From Alphaproteobacteria bacterium (GTDB lineage: Bacteria > Pseudomonadota > Alphaproteobacteria > MPNO01 > UBA830), in contig JAYPPO010000010.1 in the NCBI GenBank assembly GCA_038131485.1, forward strand, positions 521-64,520: a stretch of DNA of 64,000 nt, written 5' to 3'. Of this stretch, positions 34,381-44,378 are shown in pieces. A program made the translations under genes and the position numbers. The notes below the pieces were generated by a model. That model was not told where the DNA came from. It made no database searches and worked only from the letters and a program-made list of their open reading frames with translations. How positions within the stretch are numbered: position 1 is the first letter of the stretch; every line of letters begins with the position of its first letter.

Positions 34381-35582
34381 TCAAACGGTATGCCGGCCCG
34401 GCCCAAAGTCCTGCATGATCCTGTTGTGCGCGATGCGTGTCTTTCGCGTCGGCGGTGGAGTATTCCGCGACCTACCGACGAAGCGCGGGATGCCATCGGT
34501 AAAGGCCGCCGCGACTGCCGGGTAGTCCCCATGCTTGATGGCATCGAGCGCGGTCTTCTGCGTGCCGCCGAGCGGCGCATCGACGATGATCACGTCAGCC
34601 GCCTTGCCCCGCCTTATGAAGCCAGTATTGATCTTGTAGACCACGGCGTTGTTGCCTGTCGCCGCCGCAACCATCATTTCTGGCGGGTATTTGGACAGGC
34701 ACGACATCTCGACGACTGTCTTGATCATGCCGAGAGGCATGACACCTGTGCCAGTCGGCGTGTCCGTCGCATAAATCAGACGGTCGAATGCATCCTCGCC
34801 TCGACCGCCAGCGTCGAGGCACATCAGGGCAGTTCGAGGCTGGCTCCGGCCTGGCAGATCTGCAGCGCGATTTCGCTCTCGTTGATCACGCGCGTCCTTG
34901 TCTGGCATCGCCACCGGCCCGCCGTTGATGTGAAACGAGACGTCCGGCTTCATATCGAGCAAGTGATCGCCAGTGATCGCCGACGAATCCGGTCGACGCC
35001 GCCGGTGGCGAACGCTGACGATCATCCCCGCTCTCTCTGCGCCATGCAGAACATAGGGCGTGTAGTCGAACGGCGACTTGAACTTGCCAAACCCGGCCTT
35101 AGCGAGCCAGACGCCCTGCTCGAGCGGCGTCGTTGAAATGCTTTTGCTCCAGACTCCGCCCGGCGATCACCGCCCTGGCATGGACGTGGCATGCCTCCCG
35201 GCGAATAATTGTCGAAGCTTTTCTTCGCTGCCACCGCCAGAGCCACGACGTAGCTGTCCGGATCGGACGGGCGGTCGGGCACATGCACCTCACCGCCGAG
35301 ATCGACGTGGTGATGCCGCCGTGAGGTAACTCTCCAGAAACCTTAATGGTGCCGCTGACGCGGAGTGTAGTCCGCGAACGCAAATACGGACTTGCGAGTC
35401 GATCAGGCCGGCATCGCTGTCATACCGCCTGCATCAAGCACAAAGTCGCAAGATTTGACCTCCGTGCCGACAGCGCGACTTTAGCGATCTTACCGTTGTT
35501 CATCAGGATGGAATGCCCTTGCGAATGGCTTGCGCCAGTCACCGGAGACGATGGTCTTAAGGTTTACGATCGCGGTTTTCAT
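34381..35582 (-). CDS. Enamidase-like amidohydrolase (frameshifted)
   Basis: MKTAIVNLKTIVSGDWR, HGGITTSISA, HINGGP, ATDTPTGTGVMPLGM, SRNTPP. Confidence 0.75.
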
Positions 35583-35590
35583 GTCTGGTC

Positions 35591-36165
35591 CTATCTGGAG
35601 CCTGTCTTCGCCAACAACATCTTCCTTGGCCGGGCCGCCGACGCGGTGATTGAGCCGCCCGCGGTTAGCGAAGCAGCATATGATGCATATCCCATCCGCA
35701 GCGGCGCGTCCGGCACAGTAATAGTCATGCCGTCATAGTGCGACCGGACGTATAGCGCGTCCTTGTGGGCAAGCGGAATGTCGAGCATCGCGCCCGGCCC
35801 GCAGCGCTTGGTAAGAGAAGAAATCCACGCCTTGCCCCCGCCGACAGCATCGCGCAGCACGCCGCCACAGACGGTCGTCAGGCAGGCCACGGCATGTTCG
35901 CTCGCCCGCCGTGCCGGATAAGGCCTGCCTTGCCGTATGAATCCACCTTGTTGGGCTTCATCTGCTCTGCGGCCATCGTCGCGATCTTTGCGCCGAGTCC
36001 CTCGCTGGCTTCGGTCAGATCGCTAAGGTCATCGACGTAGCCTTTTCCCGCATGCGGGTTTTTCACCACGGCGACCACTGCGACCTTGCGCAGCGGCTCT
36101 TGGCGCGCCTGGTCCATCTCGTGAAACGTCTCATCGATTATCGTGTAGAGACGGCGGATCTCCAT
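35591..36165 (-). CDS. DUF1185 ('amino acid synthesis' family) protein (frameshifted)
   Basis: AVVAVVKNPHAG..YVDDL, SYGKAG, LRDAVGGGKAWISS, DIPLAHKDALYVRSHYD. Confidence 0.8.
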
Positions 36166-36195
36166 TATTCCTCCCAAACGCGCTTCCAAGCATTC

Positions 36196-37191
36196 TTATC
36201 CGTTTCCGAGAATTGCGAAGCCCATGCCACAGCCGGTGCCTGCGGGCGTCCGGTAGCACGGGATGTAGTTGTGCCACTCTGCCGTCAGGCCGGCGGCGGC
36301 GCCCGCAACAGTGATCCAGTTGCGGATTTCCGAATTGCCGGAATTCAGCTTCGCCCGAGGTATCGCCGCAAGCGCCTCCCCGTCGCCGCTGAGGAACCCG
36401 TCCATCACGATACCGTCGAGATCTTTATTGACCGTAAAATGGCTGAGACCACCAGACGCCACGAAAGCCACCCTTATGTCCTCCGGCCAACCTCCCACTG
36501 CATCGGCCAACGCCATGCCGAACGCGAAGCAACGCTTCGGGCTCGGTTGGTTCGGCGGGTAGTAAGTGTTAAGGACCACGGGCACGACGGGCGCGAGATA
36601 TTTCGTCATCAGCCGGTGGTGCACGAAGCCGTAAGCATGCCCCTCGCCGATAGCGCGCGGCAGCCTCTCGGAATGGCTGATGTCGAAACCCGCCGCAACC
36701 AGAGACGCCGTCAGATACCGTGCGAGCTCTGCCGCGACGGGATATTCCCGCGGCCTATGATCCTCGTGGAACTGCGAGCGAGCGCGCTTCCAGTATTCGG
36801 GAACGGTCTCGGGCAAAGGCGAGATGTTGTTCTTAATCGTATCGCCCGAATAGATCAGCATCGCCGGCAGATTGTCTTCGAGAAATTGCTCTTTCTGGTC
36901 GTCGCCAACTATGATCACTACGTCCGGTTTTGCCTCCTCCAGCGCATCAGCAAGGCGGTTGATACCGGCCTGGCAATCAGCGACCTTTGCGTCAATGATT
37001 TCCGGCTTCAATTCGGCCGCGATCGACGGATCGGCGCATTCGAGAAGCCGCTCATAAACCGTGGGATTACCCTCGAGGTCGAGGTGGGAGATGCTGTTTA
37101 GGTCACGCTCCGCATGCTTCAGGTAGTCCGACGCAGGACTCCCCAGCATGGGGCTGTGAGACGATGCGAGCCCTAGAACAACCTGTCCCAT
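36196..37191 (-). CDS. Class III extradiol ring-cleavage dioxygenase (LigB-like)
   Basis: LASSHSPML, VGDDQKE, GEGHAYGF, ASGGLSHF, SGNSEIRNW, CYRTPAGTG; intact ORF. Confidence 0.88.
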   Translation of the reverse strand: MGQVVLGLASSHSPMLGSPASDYLKHAERDLNSISHLDLEGNPTVYERLLECADPSIAAELKPEIIDAKVADCQAGINRLADALEEAKPDVVIIVGDDQKEQFLEDNLPAMLIYSGDTIKNNISPLPETVPEYWKRARSQFHEDHRPREYPVAAELARYLTASLVAAGFDISHSERLPRAIGEGHAYGFVHHRLMTKYLAPVVPVVLNTYYPPNQPSPKRCFAFGMALADAVGGWPEDIRVAFVASGGLSHFTVNKDLDGIVMDGFLSGDGEALAAIPRAKLNSGNSEIRNWITVAGAAAGLTAEWHNYIPCYRTPAGTGCGMGFAILGNG

Positions 37192-37201
37192 TCTCGATTA
37201 C

Positions 37202-38778
37202 TCAGAACTTGCGGCCGTCGATGTCGTAACCCGATAGCGCATAGTCGACGAGCGCGGTTGCTTTGTCCCAATTGTAGGTCCGGTGCGAATGCGTTTTCAC
37301 GATAAACGGCGCGCCTGCATAGAATTTCTCGTATTGCTCGTGACGGCCGGCAAATTCCGAGCCGATCATGTCCCACGCCAGCTTCAAAAGCTTGATGCGG
37401 TCCTCGCCTTTTACGCCCGGCGACTGGACGTATTTAGTCACCATCTCGCGTATTTCTGGATTTTAAGATCCTCGACAGACGATGGAAGCTGGATGACGCC
37501 GCCCCGACAAGCTCGCGAACGATATCGAGCAGCTTTGGATTGATCTCGGACTGCAGGTTCATGTTGGCATAGAGATGCGACATGCTCGGCAGCACGTACC
37601 CGTTATCGTTAGTCCAACACTCCGCTTCCTGCGCATAGACCAGACCTTCGTACATTGAGGCGTATGTCGCGAGCCTACCGAGCTCGCCCATTACGGGTGG
37701 AAGGTTCCCGATTCCGTTCATGTCCGTGATCTTCTTTGCCAGCCCGACGAGGAAACGGAGCTTGGTCATATAACGAATCTGCGCCTGATTGTTGCCCATG
37801 ATATGGGCCGGCGCCTCAAACCACTGGGCGCGCGCAACGTCGACGTTCTTATAGACGAACACCCGTTCCCACGGCACGAATACGTCATCGTACACGAGCA
37901 GCGAGTCTGTCTCGTCGAAGCGGGTCGCCAGCGGATAGTCAAACACGCTGTTGGCCGCCCAGGCGTATGATCTCCGAGAATAGATCTTCACGCCGGGCGC
38001 ATTGCAAAGGCACCGCGATGGATATCGCGTAGTTCTCGTCGCCCTGGCGCATTGGGTGGATGGTGCTTAGCTGGACGAAATCGGAAAGCGCCGCCCCCGT
38101 CCCCAACATCTGCGCGCCTCGGATTACAACGCCGTCGTCGCGCTCGTCGACGATCCCGGCATAGAGGTCGGGCGGGTTCTGCTGGTGCGCAGGCTTCGAT
38201 CGGTCAATCTGCGGCGGCACGATCGTATAGGCGACGTAGATGTCGTGGTCGCGGCAGAATTCATAGAACTTCAGCATGTTGTCGGCGAATTGCTGCCCAC
38301 CGCGGGCCAGGACCTCGGGCGCCATCGCATAGCCAGCAAAGAACCCGGCAACATGGTCGGGGCTGCGACCCATTAAGCCAAGCGTCATTTCCGACGTCTT
38401 CGTCAACGCCTTGCGGCGCGCTACGAGTTCTTCCTGCGACCGTGGCATCGCCCAGTGCCGATTAACCCGATCGCCGGTCCCCGGCGATAGGTAGGTCATA
38501 AGGTCTTCGTTCTCAGGATCGGCTGCGTTGTCGAATATATTTGAGATTGACTGAATGGCGCCGCTGAAGGCCGGGTGACCTGTCACATCACTTACTACTT
38601 CACCGTTGTGAACAACATACCGGCCATCATCACGAATGCCTGCGACGTATTGCTCACCGGTTCGCACTCCGGTTCCAAAGGCCTCACCCCGGCAGAAGCC
38701 GATACAACCGCATACCGGCTGTTTGCCGCAGTCTACCGAAGTTTCCACACTCTCAGACAATTTGGTCGCCATACTCAT
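37202..38778 (-). CDS. HpaB-family flavin-dependent monooxygenase, oxygenase component (two indels)
   Basis: RTGEQY...DGRYV, MGRSPDH, IVPPQIDRS, GAQMLGTG, FDYPLATRFDETD, LAWDMIGSEFAGRHEQYEKFYAG. Confidence 0.9.
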
Positions 38779-38879
38779 CCCTTTAATTTCTCTCTTCGCA
38801 GATTAGCGGTACATACTTGCTAGGCAAACTGTTGTCGCACTTTTTAGGTAAGGTAGAGTTGGCGAAAAGGAAGGGTTAA

Positions 38880-40010
38880 ATGCAGGAACGCGCAATTACG
38901 GAAAATCCGCTCTACAACGCTAACAAGATGAAGATAGGCATCATTGCCATGAACTGCTCGCACGGGTCCACTATTACCCAAGCCGAGAATTCATGGGAGA
39001 TGAATTGGCCCGAGACGAAGGACGTCGCCGTTATGGCCGACCGCGCCGGATTCGAAGCGCTTCTTCCGGTGGCGAGGTGGAAAGGGTACGGAGGTCCGAC
39101 GAATTTCAACAACCGGACGTTCGAGACTTACAACTGGGCCGCCGCCGTCGCGGCTGTCACCAATTATTCCTGTATCTTTTCTACTTCACACGTCCCCCTG
39201 ACTCATCCGGTCGCCGCAGCAAAGCAATGCGCGACTATCGATCACATCTCCGGTGGGCGGTTCGCGCTCAATGTCGTATGCGGCTGGTTTAAGAACGAGT
39301 TTGAGATGTTCGGCGCCGAGTGGAACGAGCACGCTGTCCGATACGAATACGCGACTGAATGGCTGCAATTTGTCCGCAAGATCTGGTCGCAGGAAGGATC
39401 TTTCGATTTCGATGGCCGCTGGTTCCATTCGAAGGAAGTATGGAGCGAACCCAAACCGATCCAGAAGCCAATGCCCCCGATTATGAACGCAGGTGGATCC
39501 GCCGAGGGCCAAAGGTTCGCGGCCACACAGGCTGACATGAACTTCGTGATCTTAAAGGAACGCGATTTGGAAGGCGGCAAGGCGCAGATCGGCCATCTGA
39601 AGAACATGGCGCGTGAGGCGGGTCGCGACGTCAAAAGCTGGATACATGTTTACGTGGTTTGCCGCGATACGGAAAAAGAAGCGCGCGAATACCTGAAGTA
39701 TTATGTCGAGGAAAAGGGTGACTACGAGGCGGTCAACAATCTTTTGGAAATTTTTGAGATGCAGTCGAAGACCCTTCCAAAAGAAGTCCTCGACGAGTTT
39801 CGCTTCCACTTCATCGCCGGGCACGGCGGCTATCCGCTCGTTGGCACGCCCGAACAGGTCGTCGACGAAATGAACAAGCTGATTGAAATCGGCGTCGACG
39901 GCATGCTCATCTCATGGGTCGATTACAAAACCGAGTGCAGACAGTGGATCGACAGAGTGATGCCGCTGATGGAACAGGCTGGCCAGCGTCGACCGTTCCA
40001 GCCGAACTAG
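38880..40010 (+). CDS. Luciferase-like (LLM) flavin-dependent monooxygenase, RutA-like subgroup
   Basis: LLPVARWKGYGG, ATIDHISGGRFALNVVCGW, PKPIQ, MNAGGS, LVGTPEQV. Confidence 0.88.
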   Translation: MQERAITENPLYNANKMKIGIIAMNCSHGSTITQAENSWEMNWPETKDVAVMADRAGFEALLPVARWKGYGGPTNFNNRTFETYNWAAAVAAVTNYSCIFSTSHVPLTHPVAAAKQCATIDHISGGRFALNVVCGWFKNEFEMFGAEWNEHAVRYEYATEWLQFVRKIWSQEGSFDFDGRWFHSKEVWSEPKPIQKPMPPIMNAGGSAEGQRFAATQADMNFVILKERDLEGGKAQIGHLKNMAREAGRDVKSWIHVYVVCRDTEKEAREYLKYYVEEKGDYEAVNNLLEIFEMQSKTLPKEVLDEFRFHFIAGHGGYPLVGTPEQVVDEMNKLIEIGVDGMLISWVDYKTECRQWIDRVMPLMEQAGQRRPFQPN

Positions 40011-40054
40011 AAGATTTTCCCCCACACTCGCCTTGACCCAAGAAAGATGTTTAG

Positions 40055-41110
40055 ATGAGATTGTTAAAAACAAAATCAGGGAAAAGGCTTGTGTTAAATT
40101 TTCGTAACGGAACGCTTGTTGTAGCGCTGGGAGCGCTTTTGAGCCCGCTAGCCTCGGTCGATGCCTCCGCAAAGATCGATATGAAGATCGGTTATCCGAC
40201 GACGGCAGACCCTCAGCATGATTACGCCGTAAAGTTTGTTGAAGAAGTGCGCAAACGTACAAATGGCGAAATCGACGGCCGCGTGTTTCCGACCAGCCAG
40301 CTGGGCAAAATCCCAAGGCAGGTTGAAGGCATTCAATTAGGCACTCAGGAAGGATTTTTTGCACCGCCCGGATTTCTTCAAGGCGTGAACAAAGCATTTC
40401 AAGTTGCTGATGTTCCAGGTCTTTTTGCAGACCATCAACACGCCCATAGAAGCCTAAATGATCCGAGCTTCAAGCCACTATTTACCGGCTTAGGTGAAAG
40501 TAAAGGCATCACAATTTCCGGTCTCTGGGTCTACGACGGTGCGTCTTACATGGCGACAAAACCAATCGCCAAAATATCGGACTTTAAAGGTTTAAAAATA
40601 CGAGTGCTGGCAACCGAAATTGAGCGGCTTAGCGTTGCCACTATTGGCGCAACTGGTGTCCCCATTCCATTCACGGAGGTGGTACCGGCGATACAGCGAC
40701 GGGTAGTAGATGGCGCGAGGACCAGTCTGGTGGTTGCCGCAAAGGCTAAATTCCCGACCGTCACAAACCATCTTACCATTACCAATGGCTATTATATCCC
40801 GTGCGTTTCCGCGTTCAGTAAGGTTTGGCTGAAGAAACTCTCTGACAAGCAACGAGCAATTGTTATTGATACTGCAGCGGAGCTAGCTGATTGGGCGTCC
40901 GCGCGTGCTCAGAGCTTTGTGGGATTGATGATAAAAGAGTGGAAAAAGTCCGGCGCAACTGTTGGTTATCTGTCCGACGCCGAACAGAAAGAGTACATGT
41001 CTCGGCTCAAACCACTAGGGGACAAGGTATTCCTCAACCATCAGAATGCCGAAATCAAAAAGCTCTATCCTATCCTGAAGGCGGCGGCCGCCAGACAGGA
41101 CATTCGCTGA
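40055..41110 (+). CDS. dctP: TRAP transporter substrate-binding protein DctP
   Basis: Signal-like N-terminus, FPTSQLG, DFKGLKIRV, IPFTEV..AIQ..VVDG. Confidence 0.85.
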   Translation: MRLLKTKSGKRLVLNFRNGTLVVALGALLSPLASVDASAKIDMKIGYPTTADPQHDYAVKFVEEVRKRTNGEIDGRVFPTSQLGKIPRQVEGIQLGTQEGFFAPPGFLQGVNKAFQVADVPGLFADHQHAHRSLNDPSFKPLFTGLGESKGITISGLWVYDGASYMATKPIAKISDFKGLKIRVLATEIERLSVATIGATGVPIPFTEVVPAIQRRVVDGARTSLVVAAKAKFPTVTNHLTITNGYYIPCVSAFSKVWLKKLSDKQRAIVIDTAAELADWASARAQSFVGLMIKEWKKSGATVGYLSDAEQKEYMSRLKPLGDKVFLNHQNAEIKKLYPILKAAAARQDIR

Positions 41111-41134
41111 ACAAATTCGGCAAAGTGAAGAAAT

Positions 41135-41166
41135 CGAGAGGCGTCGGAAACGGCGCCTCTCTTTTT
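41135..41166. terminator. Terminator between convergent dctP and FAD monooxygenase genes
   Basis: GAGAGGCGTCG-GAAA-CGGCGCCTCTC followed by TTTTT. Confidence 0.75.
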
Positions 41167-42365
41167 CAACCGAGCGACTCGGCCTTTCGCAACGCGGCGA
41201 TCATCGACGACTGCAGTAAAAATTCACGCGCCTTGGCAGGGTCAGAGGCCGCCGCCCGCATCTCTTGGTGCTTTGACTGTCGAACGCTTGGATCCGTCTC
41301 CTCCAGCATCGCCTTGTTGCGCAGAGTTGTCTGCTGAACGTAATCGATCGCAATCGGACGTCGCTGGGCATCGTACCGGTCGAGTTCGCTGTCGCGAGCC
41401 TCGCCGTTCCAGACACTTATGATCTTTTCGCACAGATTCACCGCGTCATGGATGCCACCATTCATCCCCATCCCGCCCAGCGGATTGTTAATATGCGCGG
41501 AGTCACCTGCAAGGAACACGCGGCCATTGCGATACGTCTCGGCTACACGCTGGTGCACTGCGTAGGCCGTCCGGTGATAGGTGTCGTAGTCACCTTCCTT
41601 ATCGCACACCTGGTGCATGCGGTCCTGGACGGTCTCGTCGGAGACGAGCGAGTCTGCTGTCTCACCCGGCCGCGAGGGTAACAACAGTCGCCAAAGACCC
41701 GGTACCTTGACGAACACGAACCAGAAATCCGGGTCTGCGATATAGGCAATAGGAGCCAAGTTCTCGAAATGGTTCTCGAATGGGTACTCGGTACTCGCGC
41801 ACAGCCAAAGCTCGGGAAAGGTCAGCCCAGGAAATTCGATGCCAAGCCCGATCCGGATCACGCTGGAAGCGCCGTCGGCGGCAATAAGATACCGGCCTTT
41901 TATTTCCTCGGGTCCGTCTGGGGACTCCGCGAGCAGCGTTACAGTGTCGTCGTCCTGCTTGGAGCCCGTTGCCCGGACGCGGAAGCGGACGTCCACATTG
42001 TCCATCTTACGCAGCTCGTCAATGATAATGCCCGTGAGCTTGTACTGCTCACACTGTACCCTGTAGGGGTGCCGGGTATCGTCTTTCAGGACGCTAAGAT
42101 CCCACTCCGCAATGACGCCTTCGCGCGTATCTCGATACTGCCAAATCGGGCAAATGATGCCCTGTTCGATCAGCTTTTCGACGACGCCGAGGTCGTCAAG
42201 CATGTCGAGCGTTGGCGGATGGAAGGTCGACGCGCGGAGATCAAGCGGCAGTTCGTTGCCGGCCTCAAGTATCGTCACGGGAATACCCCGTTGCGCAAGG
42301 TATAACGCAGCAGTGCATCCCACGGGCCCCGCACCCGATATAATCACGCGATCCGTATCGCTCAT
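41166..42365 (-). CDS. FAD-dependent aromatic monooxygenase (MhpA/UbiH-like)
   Basis: GAGPVG, AADGASS.IR, GRVFLAGDSAHINNPLGGMGMNGGIHDA. Confidence 0.9.
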   Translation of the reverse strand: MSDTDRVIISGAGPVGCTAALYLAQRGIPVTILEAGNELPLDLRASTFHPPTLDMLDDLGVVEKLIEQGIICPIWQYRDTREGVIAEWDLSVLKDDTRHPYRVQCEQYKLTGIIIDELRKMDNVDVRFRVRATGSKQDDDTVTLLAESPDGPEEIKGRYLIAADGASSVIRIGLGIEFPGLTFPELWLCASTEYPFENHFENLAPIAYIADPDFWFVFVKVPGLWRLLLPSRPGETADSLVSDETVQDRMHQVCDKEGDYDTYHRTAYAVHQRVAETYRNGRVFLAGDSAHINNPLGGMGMNGGIHDAVNLCEKIISVWNGEARDSELDRYDAQRRPIAIDYVQQTTLRNKAMLEETDPSVRQSKHQEMRAAASDPAKAREFLLQSSMIAALRKAESLG

Positions 42366-42484
42366 CTATCTCTCCCGGTATCTCTCTTTCAAAGTATAGC
42401 GCGGTGAATGCCGGTCAACATTCGTTGCGCCGCGCGCGAGGGCGGGCCAAATTGGCGCGGTCCGATAGACAAAGAGTGAGCGAA

Positions 42485-43225
42485 ATGAACGCATTTAAAC
42501 ATGCCCGGCCTATCGGTTGGCGCAAGAAGATCGGCGTTATCGTGCCGACCAGCAACACGGTGAACGAGGCGGAGTTCAATCGCGTCGCCCCGCCAGGCGT
42601 GAGTTTCCACTTCACGCGGTCGCCCCTGCATTCCGATCCCAGCGCGGACGACTTCGCGGAAATGCTGTCCGACGTCGAGCGTGCTATGCGCGATCTCGCC
42701 GCCTGCAATACCAGCTACGCCACCTACGCCTGCACCGCCGGTTCGATGGCCTGTCCTACCGAACGGCTGCTTGGCACGATGCGCAAATCCGGGGTGGAAG
42801 CGAATTCGACGGCACAGGCAATCGTTGCCGCGCTCGAGACGCTCGGCGCGAGGCGCATTTCGATGGCGTCTCCCTACACGGACGAGACTAACGAACATGA
42901 GGCGCACTACCTCTTGGGCTGCGGCATAGAGGTCATTGCCTCCGCAGGCCTCGGGCTGAACACCTCGCTCGCAGGCATCCAGAAAATCTCCAGGGTCCCG
43001 CCGCCCGATGTTTTCGAGCACGCCAGCGCCGTCGACCGAAACAATGCTGACGCGTTGCTGATCTGCTGCACCGACTTCAACACTTTTGACGTGATCGAGC
43101 CGCTGGAAGACGCGCTGAGCAAACCTGTCGTCTCCAGTAACTCGGCGACGCTTTGGCATACGTTGCGACAGGCCGGGATCGACGACCCTATCCCCGGCCT
43201 CGGCGTGCTGCTGCGCGACCACTGA
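42485..43225 (+). CDS. Maleate cis-trans isomerase / arylmalonate decarboxylase family protein
   Basis: IGVIVPTSNTVNE, YACTAGS, SPY, ICCTDF, KPVVSSN; both catalytic-position Cys present. Confidence 0.85.
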   Translation: MNAFKHARPIGWRKKIGVIVPTSNTVNEAEFNRVAPPGVSFHFTRSPLHSDPSADDFAEMLSDVERAMRDLAACNTSYATYACTAGSMACPTERLLGTMRKSGVEANSTAQAIVAALETLGARRISMASPYTDETNEHEAHYLLGCGIEVIASAGLGLNTSLAGIQKISRVPPPDVFEHASAVDRNNADALLICCTDFNTFDVIEPLEDALSKPVVSSNSATLWHTLRQAGIDDPIPGLGVLLRDH

Positions 43226-43230
43226 AGGTC

Positions 43231-43641
43231 CTAGTAGAGCCCGTCTTCCTTTGCCTTATCGAGGGCTTCACGTGCGCTTCGGAACGCATCGACGCCCGCG
43301 GGAATACCACAATAGACCGTCGCGTGCGCCAACGCCTCGGCGATTTCTTCCTCAGTGCAGCCGTTCACGATCGCGCCACGCGTGTGCGACTTAAGCTCCT
43401 GCATCTTGCCTAGCGCGGTGAGGATGCAGAGGTTGAGCAGGCTGCGCGTTTTATGGTCCAGCGTGTCGTTGGTCCACGCGCCACCCCAGCAATATTCCGT
43501 CACCATGGTCTGTATCTTCGCGGTGAACGGATCGGCCTCCGCCTTCGCTATATTCGGGTCAACGTATTCCGCGCCCAGCACCTTGCGGCGAACTGCGAGG
43601 CCGGCTTCGTACAATTCTTTATTCCACGGTTCGATCGGCAT
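43231..43641 (-). CDS. Carboxymuconolactone decarboxylase family protein
   Basis: GLAVRRKVLGAEYVD, TEYCWG..W, HTRGAIVNGC, VYCGIPAG. Confidence 0.88.
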   Translation of the reverse strand: MPIEPWNKELYEAGLAVRRKVLGAEYVDPNIAKAEADPFTAKIQTMVTEYCWGGAWTNDTLDHKTRSLLNLCILTALGKMQELKSHTRGAIVNGCTEEEIAEALAHATVYCGIPAGVDAFRSAREALDKAKEDGLY

Positions 43642-43664
43642 AATCGGTATTCCTTTTAGTTTTT

Positions 43665-44378
43665 TCAGAATGGCAGTTTGAAGGTTTTCGCCGCGGCCTC
43701 GCCCTTGTGATAGCGCTTTCCGCGGCGGTCGTAGTGAACGATGTGTGGCGTGAACCAGTCTTCAGCGGCCAGCCCGTTGCGCCACTCGGTCGCACGCGAC
43801 GCCTCTACCTCTGGGCCGTTCAGCACAGACATATTGTCAATATAGTGAAGAATCATGTGCGTGAATGGTCTAGGATCAGCGTCTACAATCTGGAAGATTC
43901 GGCCCGCCCGCCAAAGCGGACTGCGCAGAAGCATCGGCAGGTGTTCGTCGATGTACCAGCGCTCGAACTCATCCGCCCGCTCGTCAGGCACCTCGAAAAA
44001 AACCGCGAGCATCACCGGCCCTGCCATTGCGTCTTCCAACGACATGCCAGCGTGCGCCGCGAAGTGGATTTCGTCGCCGATGTAGCGCGTGAAGCCGGTG
44101 ACGCGCGACAGCATCGCCTTCGTCGGCGCGTCAGGGAGTGTATTTGCGTGTCTGGTATTCCTCGTCGGTCAGCGTCGACGGCGCCTCGAGGTCGTAGATC
44201 GCGAGATAGTGCGGTTCGTCATCGTCCTTGTAGCGCTGGCCCGAGCGAAAGCCCGGCACGCCATAGACGTGGCTTGGCATGTGGTGGTTATCGTACCAGT
44301 CATTGAACCTGTCTTCGTCGCCGTCGGGTGGCGTCATCTCCGAGAAAAGTACGCCGCCTCCTTGATATTGTACGCCAT
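43665..44378 (-). CDS. Two-domain EthD/DUF4286-like dimeric alpha/beta-barrel protein (frameshifted)
   Basis: Repeated FNDWYDNHHMP...VPGF and FERWYIDEHLPML motifs. Confidence 0.7.
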
